Shown here: positions 1-12,699 of the stretch, piece by piece
Layout: every line of letters begins with the position of its first letter
Position numbering within the stretch: the first letter of the stretch is position 1
Notes under the pieces: generated by a model
The model's database searches: none
Seen by the model: the letters and a program-made list of their open reading frames with translations, nothing else
What the model was told of the DNA's origin: nothing
Assembly (NCBI RefSeq): GCF_018350175.1
Contig: NC_058368.1
Span: 152,584,001-152,648,000 of the forward strand
Source of the DNA: Felis catus
Lineage: Eukaryota
DNA: 64,000 nucleotides
Direction of reading: 5' to 3'
Position numbers and translations under genes: made by a program

Positions 1-759
1 CCCCTCAAAATAATATTTTTAAAAGGTTAGGTTTTACAGTGCTCCCTAGTGGTCCTCAGTCTACTAGACTTTCACTTAATGATTTATTTTCTTCTCATCT
101 TGTATCTACACAATTTGATTTTGCTCCCTAGTGTACCGTTTTGCCTTTGATTCCCCACTCGGCTGTTTCTGGTTTTTGCTTATTTCTCTATTTTGTTAAA
201 GTCAGTTCGAGTTTTGTTGCTGTTTCTCAAAATCTAGTTGTTCCTGCTACATTTAGTGTTGCTTTTAAATCTAATGAGTATGCTGTAAACCTAATTGGCA
301 CAATGTTTAATTTAATGCTTTCACTTTACATTTAGTTTGAAACCTGAGCTTACATTTCCAGATGTGTATGTGCTGCAATATAAAAAATGAAAAACTCATA
401 AATGACCAGATACCCTTTGATCTAGCAGTTTCTCCCCTATTTCAGAAGGGAAAAGTCTTTTGTCGAATGATTTGTGTAAGTAGAGGACGCTGGACAAATG
501 TATCTAGGGATCTAGATGTCTTACACAGGGAGTCTCTACTTTTTGCTCTTGACATTTTGCCTTTCTGATATTTAGTATAGCCTGAAACAATGACAGATAC
601 CTCATGTTTGTGCATTATGTGAATCATTTTATACATTGATTTCCTTGAAAACAACTCTTCTCCATGTGTGAGGTTACTTCTAAACACTGGAAATATTAGT
701 ACATACTGTGTTGTTGTATAGTTGGAATAAAATTGAAATTCCTTGCTGCTGGCAAACTG

Positions 760-1240
760 GCTGTGTTTGATATGGCCTTGCTGGTGTCTCTCTGACTCTT
801 GCTACCACTGTCCTTCTCGCTCCTTAGCCATCATGGCCTCCTTGTTCTCTCAGGCCTTTTCCTCTGCCAGTTTCCGTGGCTGGAGCCATCTATTCCCAAG
901 TCTTTGCATGATGACTTCTTAATTTTATCCGGAGCAGTACTCAGATGTGATTTCCTGAGAGGTCCTGTGTGCTTACCCTGTCTAGACCAACTACCTCCAA
1001 CCTCCGTGTATCCTGTCAGTCACACTTTGTTCTACCCAGCCTCACTTTTTTTATGCCAGTTATTGCTACCTCAAATTGCGTATTTCCTCATTGTTTACTT
1101 ATTTCTTGTATTTTTCTCTTCTAGTATGTAAGTTCCCTAAGGGCAAGAAGTTTGACCCGTTCATCATGGTATCTCTTGTTGTCTAGCCATGTCTAGCTTA
1201 TAGTAAGGACCCAATAAATAGCTGTAGAATGAATGAATAA
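760..1240 (+). mobile_element. Ancient LINE-2 3' fragment
   Basis: Ends in caataaatagctgtagaatgaatgaataaa, typical of the L2 3' terminus; pyrimidine-rich body. Confidence 0.7.
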
Positions 1241-2013
1241 ACTCAGAGTGAAATTTTGAAAATGTACCCTGTACGTAGTTCTGATACCAGAAATGTCTTT
1301 TTCTTTTAGAAATGTCTTTCACTACATACCCTGAGACCCCACTTTTTAATAAATATATGTATTTCATGAATATATATATATACATATGTGTGCATGTGTG
1401 TAATTTTATAAAATTGAAGATGTAGATTCAAACTCCCGCTTTGTCATTTACATGGTTTATGAGCTTATAGATTGTTCACGCCTCAGTTTATTTACTGTAA
1501 AAGGGGAAGTACTGATGTTACTTTAACTGGGATCGTGGATGTTGAGTGATGAGGACATCCTGGTCAGAGTAACCACTTGTACATGATAACTGCTACTTTT
1601 AATCTTTTTATTTTTTTATTTTTTTTTTTAATGCTATTTCTCCCACCAATACCACCACTACTAACTGAGGTTACTAGGGGACTAAAGCAGTTACTCTCAT
1701 TTGGGTGCCTTGACTTCTAAAACATGTAATCACAGTCAACAGACTATATAACAAAATACTTGTTGGTGTGGTCAGTAGGAAAATTAAGAATCTTTCCTAC
1801 TGTCTAAAATGAGAGCAAAGTAGGAAATAGGCTAAAAAGTTAAATAGATTACAAAAGCTCAACGTCTTTTCAGTTGATTGTAAAACTTAGTAGCTGGGAA
1901 ATGTAGTTTTTCAATAAAAATGAAATTTTCCAGATTATAGACAAAAAGGATGTTAAGAAACTTATTTTATTAAAAAGGCACGCACACATACACACACATT
2001 GTCTTTTAAACAG

Positions 2014-2143
2014 GATACAGATTATAAACCGGTGCCACTGAAAGCAGGAGAGGGCGAAGAATACATGCTGGCATTGAAACAGGAGTTGAGAGAAACTATG
2101 AAAAGGATGCCTTATTATTTAGAAACACCTGAAGAAAAACAAG
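2014..2143 (+). CDS. POLR3G: POLR3G (RNA polymerase III subunit RPC7-alpha/RPC32) internal coding exon, first one in the window
   Basis: Acceptor ttttaaacag| and donor CAAG|gtggg. Encodes DTDYKPVPLKAGEGEEYMLALKQELRETMKRMPYYLETPEEKQ, matching recalled mammalian POLR3G. 130 nt, ends in phase 1. The N-terminal exon lies upstream of the window. Confidence 0.96.
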
Positions 2144-4248
2144 GTGGGTTTGGACCCTTTGGTTATGTGGTTGAATGTGTACAGACGAGACAGTGTTTGT
2201 GTATAAGACAGAGAGTAATTTGGTGCTGATTGATTTAGTTACATCAGAAATTATCAACTACCATAAAAGAGCATAGTTCTGTTGATTCAACAGAAAATGT
2301 ATTTTAAACTTTCTGATATTTTATTTTTAAAATTACCTTTTAATAGAAATTTCATAGGTTTGGTGAAAATTACAAAAAACAGAAACAGTGAAAAGTAAAA
2401 ATCACCTCTAATGCTTATGGCTAGAGATCTATTAATATTTTATTATACATTCTAGATTTTTTTCTTCTGCATGTGTATGGTTTTTATAAAATTGGATTCA
2501 TATTCTTTGCATCTTCCTTTTTTACGCAATAGCATGTTATTAGCATGTTCACATGTCCTCAGTATTCTTGGAAAATTAGATTTTTAATCATTATGTGGTA
2601 TTCCATGATCTGTATATAACATTATTAATTGTACGTAGTTCTCTGCTGTTAGATTTAAAGTGTTTTCTAGTTTTTTGCTCATATGTATATAATGCAATGG
2701 TTATCCTTACACATACATTTTTGTATCTAATATTAAATTTAAAATGTATTTAAAATTAAATATGATTATTTAATATTTTGGTGAAAACTTTTAGAAGCCA
2801 TAAATATATTTTTGACTTATGATTTGTACATAAGAAAACATAAAGGGTGTACTCCTTGGTTATGCCAAGGACAGAGAGGAGAAATTACCATTGGAGAAGG
2901 CTTGAAAGTCTCAGAGAGGGAGTGGGAAGTGGTTTTAGAGGAAGAGAACCCATTCCTGAGTAGTTATTTAGCACATTAGGTCTGTATTGATTTTCAGTTT
3001 CTGCCCTCGAATGTTGAAATTAGAGAGATCAATATCATCCTTGAGTTCCCAAAACAACATCATTAAAGCATGAGGAATTCATATAGTATCATCTCATTCC
3101 ATTAGTATTAAAAATGCATTCCATTTTCTCTCTCTCTAAAAGACTTAGAACTGGCTAAGAGTCAAAAAGAAAGTCTTATATAGTAATATTACATGTGCTT
3201 ATAATTATAAGAAGCATTTTAGACAAGTTCATTTATTTTTCAAACATAGCTGCTTGAAGTTTATATAGTGGTTTAGAAAGGTATATTTTTATCTCAAAAG
3301 TGCGGATTTTTTTTTACTTTCATGATTATGTTACATGCTTTTATCTATCTGAGTTCAAAAATGAAATTAAAGCTCTAATTGTAAAGATTTTTAAAAAGAT
3401 TAAATGAACTAATAAACATTCTTACTAGAAAAAATTATAGTGTAGGGTATACTTTAATCTTTTAAAAATTATTGTTTTCTCTAGAGTATGGAACAGCCTT
3501 AACTAAATGTGGTCATTATTAAAGCATAGGTCTAATTTGCAAGTATATCATATCATTAAAACATATCTGGGAGTCTTTTAAACAGGGAACACAATTTCAT
3601 TGCTGGTTTCTGGGAGTGGTTGGCTTATACCTGGATTAAGAGGCTCTTTATCTTTGATGACTACAGGAGGTATTTAAGAATACAAGGAATCGTTTCTGTT
3701 TCTTTCTGGAAAAAAACACTTCTATAGGATTTTCCAAATTGATACAAGTATATTCCCCTTCAAAATCTTCATGTTTACCTTTCTTTTCTGATGTAATGTG
3801 TTTTGAAAAACTACAGTTGAAAATGTTTTTAAAATATATACATACATATGCATGAATATAGGTTAATATAATAAATACACATATATACATATATACACAC
3901 ACATAATGTTTATGTACTCTGCACACCATAAATGAGAAAGAATTGGCCAGACTGAACAGCAGTATGCATCTGTCAGAGGGAGCTATATTCTGGATGGTGT
4001 TCTATCACTGTACCTTTATCAGCCTTCTCCCATCACTCATCACCTATATGCTTTAAGAAAGAGAGACTTAGGAATTAATGTAAAGAACTAAATGAGGGTA
4101 GGAGATCTCCGGGTTTCCTGATAACCTTGTGGCTAGTGGCTCAGGGCATTGAAATCACAAAGAACTGAGGACATAGAATAAAAATATTTCTTATCGTGAT
4201 GTTTTCACAATTTGTTTATAATGCTTTCAGGTAGAATTATAGAAATGA

Positions 4249-4471
4249 GGGGCGCCTGGGTGGCACAGTCGGTTAAGCGTCCGACTTCAGCCAGGTCACG
4301 ATCTTGCGGTCCGTGAGTTCGAGCCCCGCGTGGGGCTCTGGGCTGATGGCTCAGAGCCTGGAGCCTGTTTCCAATTCTGTGTCTCCCTCTCTCTCTGCCC
4401 CTCCCCCGTTCATGCTCTGTCTCTCTCTGTCCCAAAAATAAATAAAACGTTGAAAAAAAAATTAAAAAAAA
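4249..4471 (+). mobile_element. Young felid tRNA-derived SINE (SINEC_Fc-type)
   Basis: ggggcgcctgggtggc head, (CT)n tract, A-tail, many intact CpGs. TSD aattatagaaatga at 4235-4248 and 4472-4485. Confidence 0.95.
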
Positions 4472-4829
4472 AATTATAGAAATGATTGGTATTTTCTTTA
4501 TAAGGAAAGTTATTATTTTTGTAATAAAAGAAAAACACCAATATTGTTATTTTAATGAATTGTAGCTGCAAGGATATATAGAGAGCATCTGATCCAATTG
4601 TTCCCAGCTCGGGTTCCTGCATTACTGGGGTCCTCTGAGGTAGAAACAGGAGTGACAGTGGCGATCATTCTGTAAGCCATTTTTAGAACTTTAAAAGCTT
4701 AATGGAAATCATAACATTAACCTGCAATATGGCCACAAGATCTGCTGTGGAATAAATGGAGTTTGGTTTTTGTTAACTGTCAATGTGCCATCAGGGTCCA
4801 TGAGACCCCTATTTTGATTTTTGATTTTC

Positions 4830-5297
4830 TTGTTATGTTTGTTTATTTATTTTGAGAGAGAGAAAGAAAGTGAGCAAGGGAGAGGCAGAAAGAGAATCCC
4901 AAGCAGGCTCTATGCTGCCAGTGCAGAGCCCGATGTGGGGCTCGAACCCATGAACTGCAAGATCATGACCTGAACCAAAATCCAGAGTCAGATGCTTGAC
5001 CAACTGAGCCACTCAGGCATGCTGGAGTTTATTTTTGAGCAGTGATATTCATAACTTTAATTTTTTTTAAGTTTATTTGTTTATTTTGAAAGAGAGTGAG
5101 CAAGAGAGCATGAGCAGGGGTGGGGCAGAGAGAGAGAGAGTGAGAAAGAGAGAGAAAGAAAAGAGAGAGAATACCACACAGGCTCCATGCTCTGTGTGGA
5201 ACCCAGCTCAGGGCTCGAACCCACAAACCGTGAGATCATGACCTAAGCTGAAATCAAGAGTCAGTCACTTAACCAACTGATCCACCCAGGCGCCCCC
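4830..5297 (-). mobile_element. Two carnivore SINEs (4830-5022, 5058-5297)
   Basis: Reverse-complement SINE bodies. The second is flanked by cataacttt repeats. Confidence 0.9.
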
Positions 5298-6626
5298 ATA
5301 ACTTTTATTTTTTAATAGAGATCTTCTAAAAAACAAAGAGAATTTATTTTAAAAAAAAACAAAACTCATTTTATCTGAGCATTACCATATCAGCTCATTG
5401 GATCCTTTTATAAATTTAAATACGTTTTGGAATCTTAGTGATTTCACTTTTCCTTCATCTGTAAACATTTTGCTGTTTTATCAGCACAGATACTCTTTCA
5501 TCATTACTCATCAGTTATCCCCCACTACCCTGGGAAAAAGAGACTAAAACATCAGAAACAAAATGGAAAAATGGTGAAGTTGCACGGAAGGATGGTACAG
5601 CATTGAAATAAGTCAGCACGGTCACATTATCCTTCCGTGTTTCTATTGTGTTGCCCAAAGTATTATAGTAATGTTTAAGAAGATATAAAAAGAAAAGAAG
5701 TCTAGAGAGACTCTTGTCTTTGTGGTTGTTTTGTTTTTGTTTTAGCTTTCATAAAATGCAATTGAGAATTCAGAATTGTTCATTTTCTGCCCATAATGGT
5801 GCAGAGAAGAAAATTGACAGGGGAAGATGTGACACAATCACTAGACAAAAAAGATGAATGTAGAGGCAGTAATTCCTTGGGCGCCAACGATGATCATGAA
5901 ATCGTTGTATAAGTAAAATCTCAAACTGAGTCTTCATCTGACAACATTCTAGATGAATCTTCTCAAACTCAAGAGTCAGTGGGTAAACAATATATCTCTA
6001 AGAATAAAAAGGAAATATGGTATTCTTCTTGAAGAGCACCTCGTTACATACTATTTTGTGATAAGAACCTGGAACATCTAGTCCGTTAAAATGACATGTG
6101 ATGATATTTTTCTTTTTTTATATTGATGTACCAAAAGTTATTTGGTGTAGTTTGTGACTGGACGCATGCTGAAGGCAAAGAAGAAGATGATGGAAAGGCA
6201 ATAGGTTGTGTAGGAATGAAACGGTTTGTTGGATTGATCATGTTAATTAGTAATTATAAATCTAATAATGAAAATGTTTTACAATTATAGACCAAAGAAG
6301 ATGGCTGGGCCATTCCCACTTCATTACAAATGTGAGCTATCAAAGCTTTTTAAAGTACTGTATTTTGATGATGAAAGTGTAAGAAGAATTGCACTTCTTA
6401 CAATTCTGGAACCTATTAGGAATGTATTTCTAATCTAGAATCATTTGGATGGTGCAAATGTGAAAAGAATCAGAAGTAAGAAGTTAGAACTTATTAATAA
6501 AATGTATTTAAAATCTGGAATCAGGATATATGAAATGGATATATTCAAAGGTTGTACATGAAAAATGTACATGTGTTCCTAAAATGCACAGTTGATGCAC
6601 AGTTAACTACATTCAAAAGACTTGCT

Positions 6627-7377
6627 GGGGCACCTGAGTGATTCAGTTGGTTGAACATCTGATACTTGATTTTAGCTGAGGTCATGATCCCAGGGTCATA
6701 GGATTGAGCCCTGCATCAGGCTTAAGTCTACTTAAGATTCTCTCTCTTGGGGCACACAGGTGGCTCAGTCAGTTAGGCAACCAACTCTTTTTTTTTTTTT
6801 TTTAAGTAATTCAATTTTTATTTATTTTTTATGTATTTTTTATTTTTTTAATATATGAAATTTATTGTCAAATTGGTTTCCATACAACACCCAGTGCTCA
6901 TCCCAAAAGATGCCCTCTTCAATACCCATCTCCTACCCTCCTCTCCCTCCCACCCCCCCATCAACCCTCAGTTTGTTCTCAGTTTTTAACAGTCTCTTAT
7001 GCTTTGGCTCTCTCCCACTCTAACCTCTTTTTTTTTTTTCCCTTCCCCTCCCCCATGGGTTCCTGTTAAGTTTCTCAGGATCCACATAAGAGTGAACACA
7101 TATGGTATCTGTCTTTCTCTGTATGGCTTATTTCACTTAGCATCACATTCTCCAGGTCCATCCACGTTGCTACAAAGGGCCATATTTCATTCTTTCTCAT
7201 TGCCACATAGTACTCCATTGTGTATGTAAACCACAATTTCTTTATCCATTCATCAGTTGATGGCAACCAACTCTTGATTTCAGCTCAGGTCATGATCTCA
7301 CCATTTGGGAGATCGAGCCCCATGTCGGGCTCTGTGCTGACAGCATGGAGCCTGCTTGGGATTTTCTATCTCTCTTC

Positions 7378-7444
<67 letters not shown>

Positions 7445-7540
7445 ACTCCCCTGCTCACTCTCTCTCTCAAAATAAATAAAGTTAAAAGATTCTCCCTCTG
7501 CCCTTCTCCCCTGCTCACACACTCTAAGAAAAAAAAAAAA
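6627..7540 (+). mobile_element. SINE nested in a SINE (outer 6627-6747 + 7500-7540; inner 6749-7485)
   Basis: Inner SINE flanked by aagattctc(t/c)ctct at 6734-6747 and 7486-7499. Confidence 0.85.
6790..7261 (-). mobile_element. 5'-truncated felid L1 (ORF2 C-terminus and 3'UTR) inserted in a SINE
   Basis: ORF2-end peptide DEWIKKLW...WPFVATWMDLENVMLSEIS and poly-T. TSD ggcaaccaactctt at 6776-6789 and 7262-7275. Confidence 0.95.
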
Positions 7541-7629
7541 TGGCCTTCAAAACCAGGGAAATAATGGAACATAAATTTGAGTTTACTGTACTTAAGTTCT
7601 TTTTAAAACTTGTAATAATTTTCTTTCTT

Positions 7630-8540
7630 TTTAAATAACAGTTTTATTGAGATAAAATTCACATATATAAAAATATACTTTTTAAAGTATACAATTCAGT
7701 GGCTTTTAGTGTAGTTACAGAATTGTACAGTCAATAGTACTAATTTTTAGAACCTTTTCATCATTCTGAAAAGAAACCCTATACCCACTAGTATAGGCTT
7801 CTATTCTCTCCTGTCTCTAGCCCATGGCAGCTACTAATCTGCTTCGTAGTGTTTTGTCTGTTCTGGATACTTCATATAAATGGAATCATAAGGACCCCTG
7901 GTTGGCTCGGTTGGTGGAGCATGCAACTCTTGATCTTGGGACTATAAATTCAAGCCCCACATTGGGTGTAGAGATTACTTAAAGATAACATCTTTGAAAG
8001 AAATGGAATCATAAAATGTGACTTTTGTGACTGCCTTCTTTAACTTAGCATAATGTTTTCATGGTTCACCTGTGGTACTGCAGTATTCATTCCTTTATAT
8101 GGCTGAATAATACTCCATTGGTTGTATATACCACATTTTGTTTACCCAGTCACCAGTTGATTGACATGTGGGTCAGTTCCACTTTGGAGCTATCATGAGT
8201 AATGCTGCTTTGAACATTCATGTATTTCTACTGGGTGTATATCTAGGATCATAAGATAACTGTATTTAACATTTTGAGGAACTGTCAAACTATTTTCCAA
8301 AGTTCTTGCAGTATTTTATGTCACCAGTGTTATATGAGGATTGCAGTTTCTCCACATCCTTGCTAGCACTTGTCATTGCCTTTTTGGTTGTAGCCATCCT
8401 ACTGGGTATTAAGTGCTGTCTCATTGCGGTTTTGATTTGAATTTCCCAAACAACCAATGATGTTGAACATCTTATCATGTGTTTTTTTTCCACGCATATC
8501 TTTGCAGAAATGCCAGTTCAAATCCTTTGCCTCTTTTTAA
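7630..8540 (-). mobile_element. Old L1M-type 3' fragment containing a short SINE (7891-8000)
   Basis: ttttattgagataaaattcacat L1M terminus and ORF2-like RCSTSLVVWEIQIKT. SINE TSD aaatggaatcata at 7878 and 8001. Confidence 0.85.
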
Positions 8541-9739
8541 CTGGGTTTCAGTAGTTGTTTTTCAATATCGCTCATTCTTCTAGAAGTTTACTACTAAAGG
8601 TTAAATTTATCTAAAATATGCAATCTGTTGTGGAGAAAATTTTTAAATGCGAATTCTGGGAATTTGTGCTGACTTCTCTTTACAGGGGAAAAGCTTAAGA
8701 GCAAGATTGAAGTCAAAACAGTTAAATACCTAGAAAAGCTTGGTCTCTTGGTCTCTCTGATCTACTATTTATTTTGGTTATCTTTGTTTAACACCATGGT
8801 TTTGCTGTTATTTGGGATCATTTTCTTAACATGGAAGAAAAAGTACATACTTGGGCCTTGCTTTTTATGTTTTCATCTTTTGGTTTAACTTCCCTTTTTC
8901 ATGGCTGTACTCCTAAAACCACATTTTATGATGAACCATGGTTTCAAGCTATGGCATGATGCTGTCACTTACGCTGCCAACTATGGTTTCAAGCTATGGC
9001 ATGATGCCAACTTACACTGCTAGGAAAGGGTTTGGGCCCTCATTGTGGGAGTTTCTTGCAGCATAGTGGGCAAAGCAGAAACAAGAGCCACAGCTATGGC
9101 TCTCCCATTTTGGGCAAGCCCGGGAGGTCCCTGCAGAGTTGTCAGCAGTTGACATGGAAGGCTTTTGGCTTGCTCAAGTCCAACCCTACCTACTCCTACC
9201 CTTTTCCCCGTTCTGCTCCTCAATGGATTGTGAAAGGTAGCTCACTGAGAAGCCTAACTGTGTATTAATGTATGTATCAAGCACTGGAGGTGAGCAAACA
9301 GCTCTCCATCTCCACTTAGGTAGTTAATACATCCCAGTTAAACAAGATTTAAAGACTGGGAGCTGGAGGCCAGTGTCACAAGAAGAAAATAGAAGATGCC
9401 AAGTGACTTTCTTTCCTGGTATTTAAGTGGCTTTCTGACCTGGCTTTGGGCTTTTGTGAATATTTTCAGAAATGAGTCAGGTTGTCTGATTCTAAAAAAC
9501 ATGCTTAGGGTTTCTGCTCGCTCCCAGCCATTCATACCCACCTGCTTCTTGCCGCTTCCTTAAACATGTGATACTAATTGACTTTCCAGTAGGTGTTCAG
9601 AAACACTTTAGGCACAAATATAGGAAACTGTGTGTGAAATAAAAGATGTTACCTGGTGTTTTCAGTTATTTTAAAGGAATGGCTTAAATGCAGGCTTATT
9701 CTGCAGTTTTCTAATGAACACTTTTTCTTTTTTTTCTAG

Positions 9740-9796
9740 ATATTGAAAGATACAGTAAAAGATATATGAAGGTGTACAAAGAGGAGTGGATACCAG
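9740..9796 (+). CDS. POLR3G: POLR3G coding exon
   Basis: Long poly-T tract then ctag|, donor CCAG|gtaatt. 57 nt encoding (D)IERYSKRYMKVYKEEWIP, in frame with the previous exon. Confidence 0.96.
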
Positions 9797-10870
9797 GTAA
9801 TTATAAAACTGAAAATGTTAAAATAATTTTTAAAGTTTATCTCCCTACCCTCTATTTTTTTTAGGGCAAATTTTTTACTTTTACCCTAGGAATTTTCACT
9901 GTAGGAAAATAGTTTGGCTCTTTTCCTATAATTAATTACTAATATGTATCTTTTGAAAACTAGGATGAAAAGATTTTTATACCATAACAAGGGAGAGTTG
10001 AAATGTTTCTGAAGTTCTTAAAATATTTTTTTATAAAATAGGACTTGCCAAATGCATTTGGGCTTTCCACTTCATTTTCCACAATCACCATTTGAATCTA
10101 CAGTACCAATTATACTTCCATGTTTGTGAGTGATTTCAGCTTGAGAGGAGAAAACAAATCCAGGCAGACAGTATTGAAGCCAAGCTCATGGACCTTCCTT
10201 TCAAGCAGATATAGACTGTTTTTATTTGCTAAGAAGCTTTTTCAACAGAACCATATCTAAGAGAGATTTTTTCAACATTCACAGATTTTCCTTGGACACA
10301 GGCAAAGTAGAAGAGGCTGGAGAGATTTCATCCAGCTCGTTCATTTTACAGACAAAAAAGTAATTGCCATAAAAATGAAGTGACTTATCAGGGTGACTGG
10401 GACAGTACTTCTAGAACCTGGGCCTTCTCATTTTAACTCACTTCCCTTTGACATCTCTGTCCTTGTTGTTGTGGTAACTGCCTTTAGTAAGAATATAAAT
10501 GGCATTTACAGAATTGTTGCTTTCACGAGTAATACTGGTCTTTTCAGTGTGCATCATTGTTAAGGTTGGATTCCCCTTGAACACTCTCCTGTCTCCTATA
10601 TCAGATCTCTCCCATCTTCCACATCATATTCATCTCCTTAAAGGATTCTCTTTACCTACTTTTTCGTGATCACCTATGAGTCATTGATAAAAGCAGAAAT
10701 ATATTCAAAGCAAAATTTATTAATTCAGGTAAAATGAGATATAAATGCTTTCTCCAAAATACCCTGAGGTTGTTGTTTTTTTGTTTGTTTTAGTAGGCAG
10801 TATTTTTTAATCCATTTTTATGTTGCTTCATTTTTCTGATTAACTCTATGCTTAAAAATGTAAAGAAAGT

Positions 10871-11054
10871 GGGGCAGCTAGGTGGCTCTGTTTGTTAAGC
10901 ACCTGACTTCAGCTCGGGTCATGATCTTGTGGTTCATGAGTTTGAGCCCCGCATCAGGGTCTCTGTTGTCAGTGCAGAGCCCCGACTTCATATCCTCTGT
11001 CTCTGTTTCTCTCTGCCCCTGCCCTGTTCGCACTCACACGCACACATGTGCACA

Positions 11055-11093
<39 letters not shown>

Positions 11094-11112
11094 AATAAAC
11101 ATTTAAAAAAAT
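10871..11112 (+). mobile_element. Carnivore SINE
   Basis: SINE head, (CT)n tract and A-tail, flanked by aaagaaagtg. Confidence 0.9.
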
Positions 11113-11529
11113 TAAAAGAAAGTGATAAATTAGAGAAATTCTTTACCTCCTGCAGTCAAAATTATTTATTAGAGTGAATTTACTTTTCCACGGCTGTTTT
11201 TATTTTTAATTATAAAGTTTTGGGTTAATTATTAGAATTGCTTAATTTTGCATGTGTTGGGATTGTGGTCATATATTTTAACTTTTGAAAAAAAATTCCT
11301 TATTACATAAGAAACACGTATCAACTATAGAAAACTTACAAAATACAGCATGGTCAAATAATACATAAATAATAAATAAGAAAAGCAGCTGTAATCCTAA
11401 CACCCATAAAGAATTACTATAATATTTTGTTCCCAACCTAGAGCTTTCTCTGCACAAAAATTAAATATATGAAAACATTTATATGTTAGGTTTATTTTTT
11501 ACTGGGATTCTATATGTAATGTCTTATTT

Positions 11530-12010
11530 TATTTTAAGTATTTATTTATTAATTTTGAGACTGGGGATGGGAGAGGGATGGAGAGAATCCCTGGCAGTCT
11601 CCATGCTGTCAACGCAGAGTCCGATGTGGGGCTCAATCTCATGAGATCATGAGATCATGGAGATCATGACCTGAGCCAAAATCAAGAGTCAGAGGCCTAA
11701 CCAACCAAACCACACAGGTGCCCCTGTACTTACTATCTGAGAAACTTTTTCCTATTCAACAGTATGTCATGATTAACAAAATTTTTCTACATTATTTTTC
11801 TTGTTATGAAAATTTCCATATTTAAAATTGATTAGATAAATACTATATAACTATTGACAGAAAGTTGTAGAAATTTTATAGCACTATTTCAAAGTTTTTT
11901 TTTTAATGTTTATTTTTTTTTAATACTGTTTATACTCAAAGTGGAGCTTGAACTCATGACCCTGAAATAAAGAGTCTCATGCTCTTCCAAATGAGCCAGC
12001 TGGGAGCCAC
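11530..12010 (-). mobile_element. Two older carnivore SINEs (11530-11725, 11895-12010)
   Basis: Reverse SINE cores (gagatcatgacctgagc, gaactcatgaccctga). Confidence 0.8.
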
Positions 12011-12208
12011 CAAAATTCTTTTTAATGAACTCTCTTTTTTTCATAGGAGAAAATATATCACTTAGGCTAAATCTGTACAGTCAGATATTAAGAAATTTTA
12101 TTTTCATTGATTAACCAACTGTCATGTCCCTTTAAATAGTCATATCCAGTGCCACTAATTCCCAGAGGAAACTGCAACTTTTGTATTTTTTTTCTTTTGT
12201 ACATGCAG

Positions 12209-12259
12209 ATTGGAGAAGACTCCCAAGAGAAATGATGCCAAGGAAAAAGTGCAAAAAAG
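12209..12259 (+). CDS. POLR3G: POLR3G coding exon
   Basis: ttttcttttgtacatgcag| ... AAAG|gtacat. 51 nt encoding (D)WRRLPREMMPRKKCKK, phase 1 to phase 1. Confidence 0.95.
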
Positions 12260-12699
12260 GTACATTGACTAATGTAATAATCCAGGTAATAAAAGGTTAT
12301 TGCTCAAATTCTAATTATGGAATGAATTCTCAATCTGAAGTTACACTCAGCATTCTGAATGCTTTTTCTTAAAATATGTTTGACATTTTGATTATCATGT
12401 TAAAACTTTCTGTTGTTGGTTTTTTGCTTTGTTTTGATACTTTGTTTAGTTTTTCCGTTCTTTAATTATGGAATTTTGATGTGCTAGAGAAGACTTTTCA
12501 AGTATTGTAGACATTTTACTTTTGAAAATTTGAAATTTTCCATATAAATGTATTTGATGGTTATACCATCTATATTCTAAGTTTTTAACTCATATATTTG
12601 GAACTGGTAAAATTTGGGAACTGGTAGATTAGAACTTTATGTGGCACACAAAATACCAAAGTGAAAATTTCCAGTGTGGTGTTCTTTCATAATTCTGCT

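Larger units (their letters stand above)
4773..7620 (+). mobile_element. Degenerate piggyBac-family DNA transposon (Looper-like), interrupted by SINEs and L1
   Basis: Broken transposase motifs in the expected order: MKRFVGLIMLISNYKSNNENVLQL (6216), YFDDESVRR (6361), EPIRNVF (6409), CTVDAQLTTFKR (6585), PSKPGK (7544). Boundaries uncertain. Confidence 0.8.

Noticed and set aside
4249..4330. tRNA genes
   Set aside because: The A/B-box-like sequences are heads of tRNA-derived SINEs, each followed by a CT tract and A-tail.
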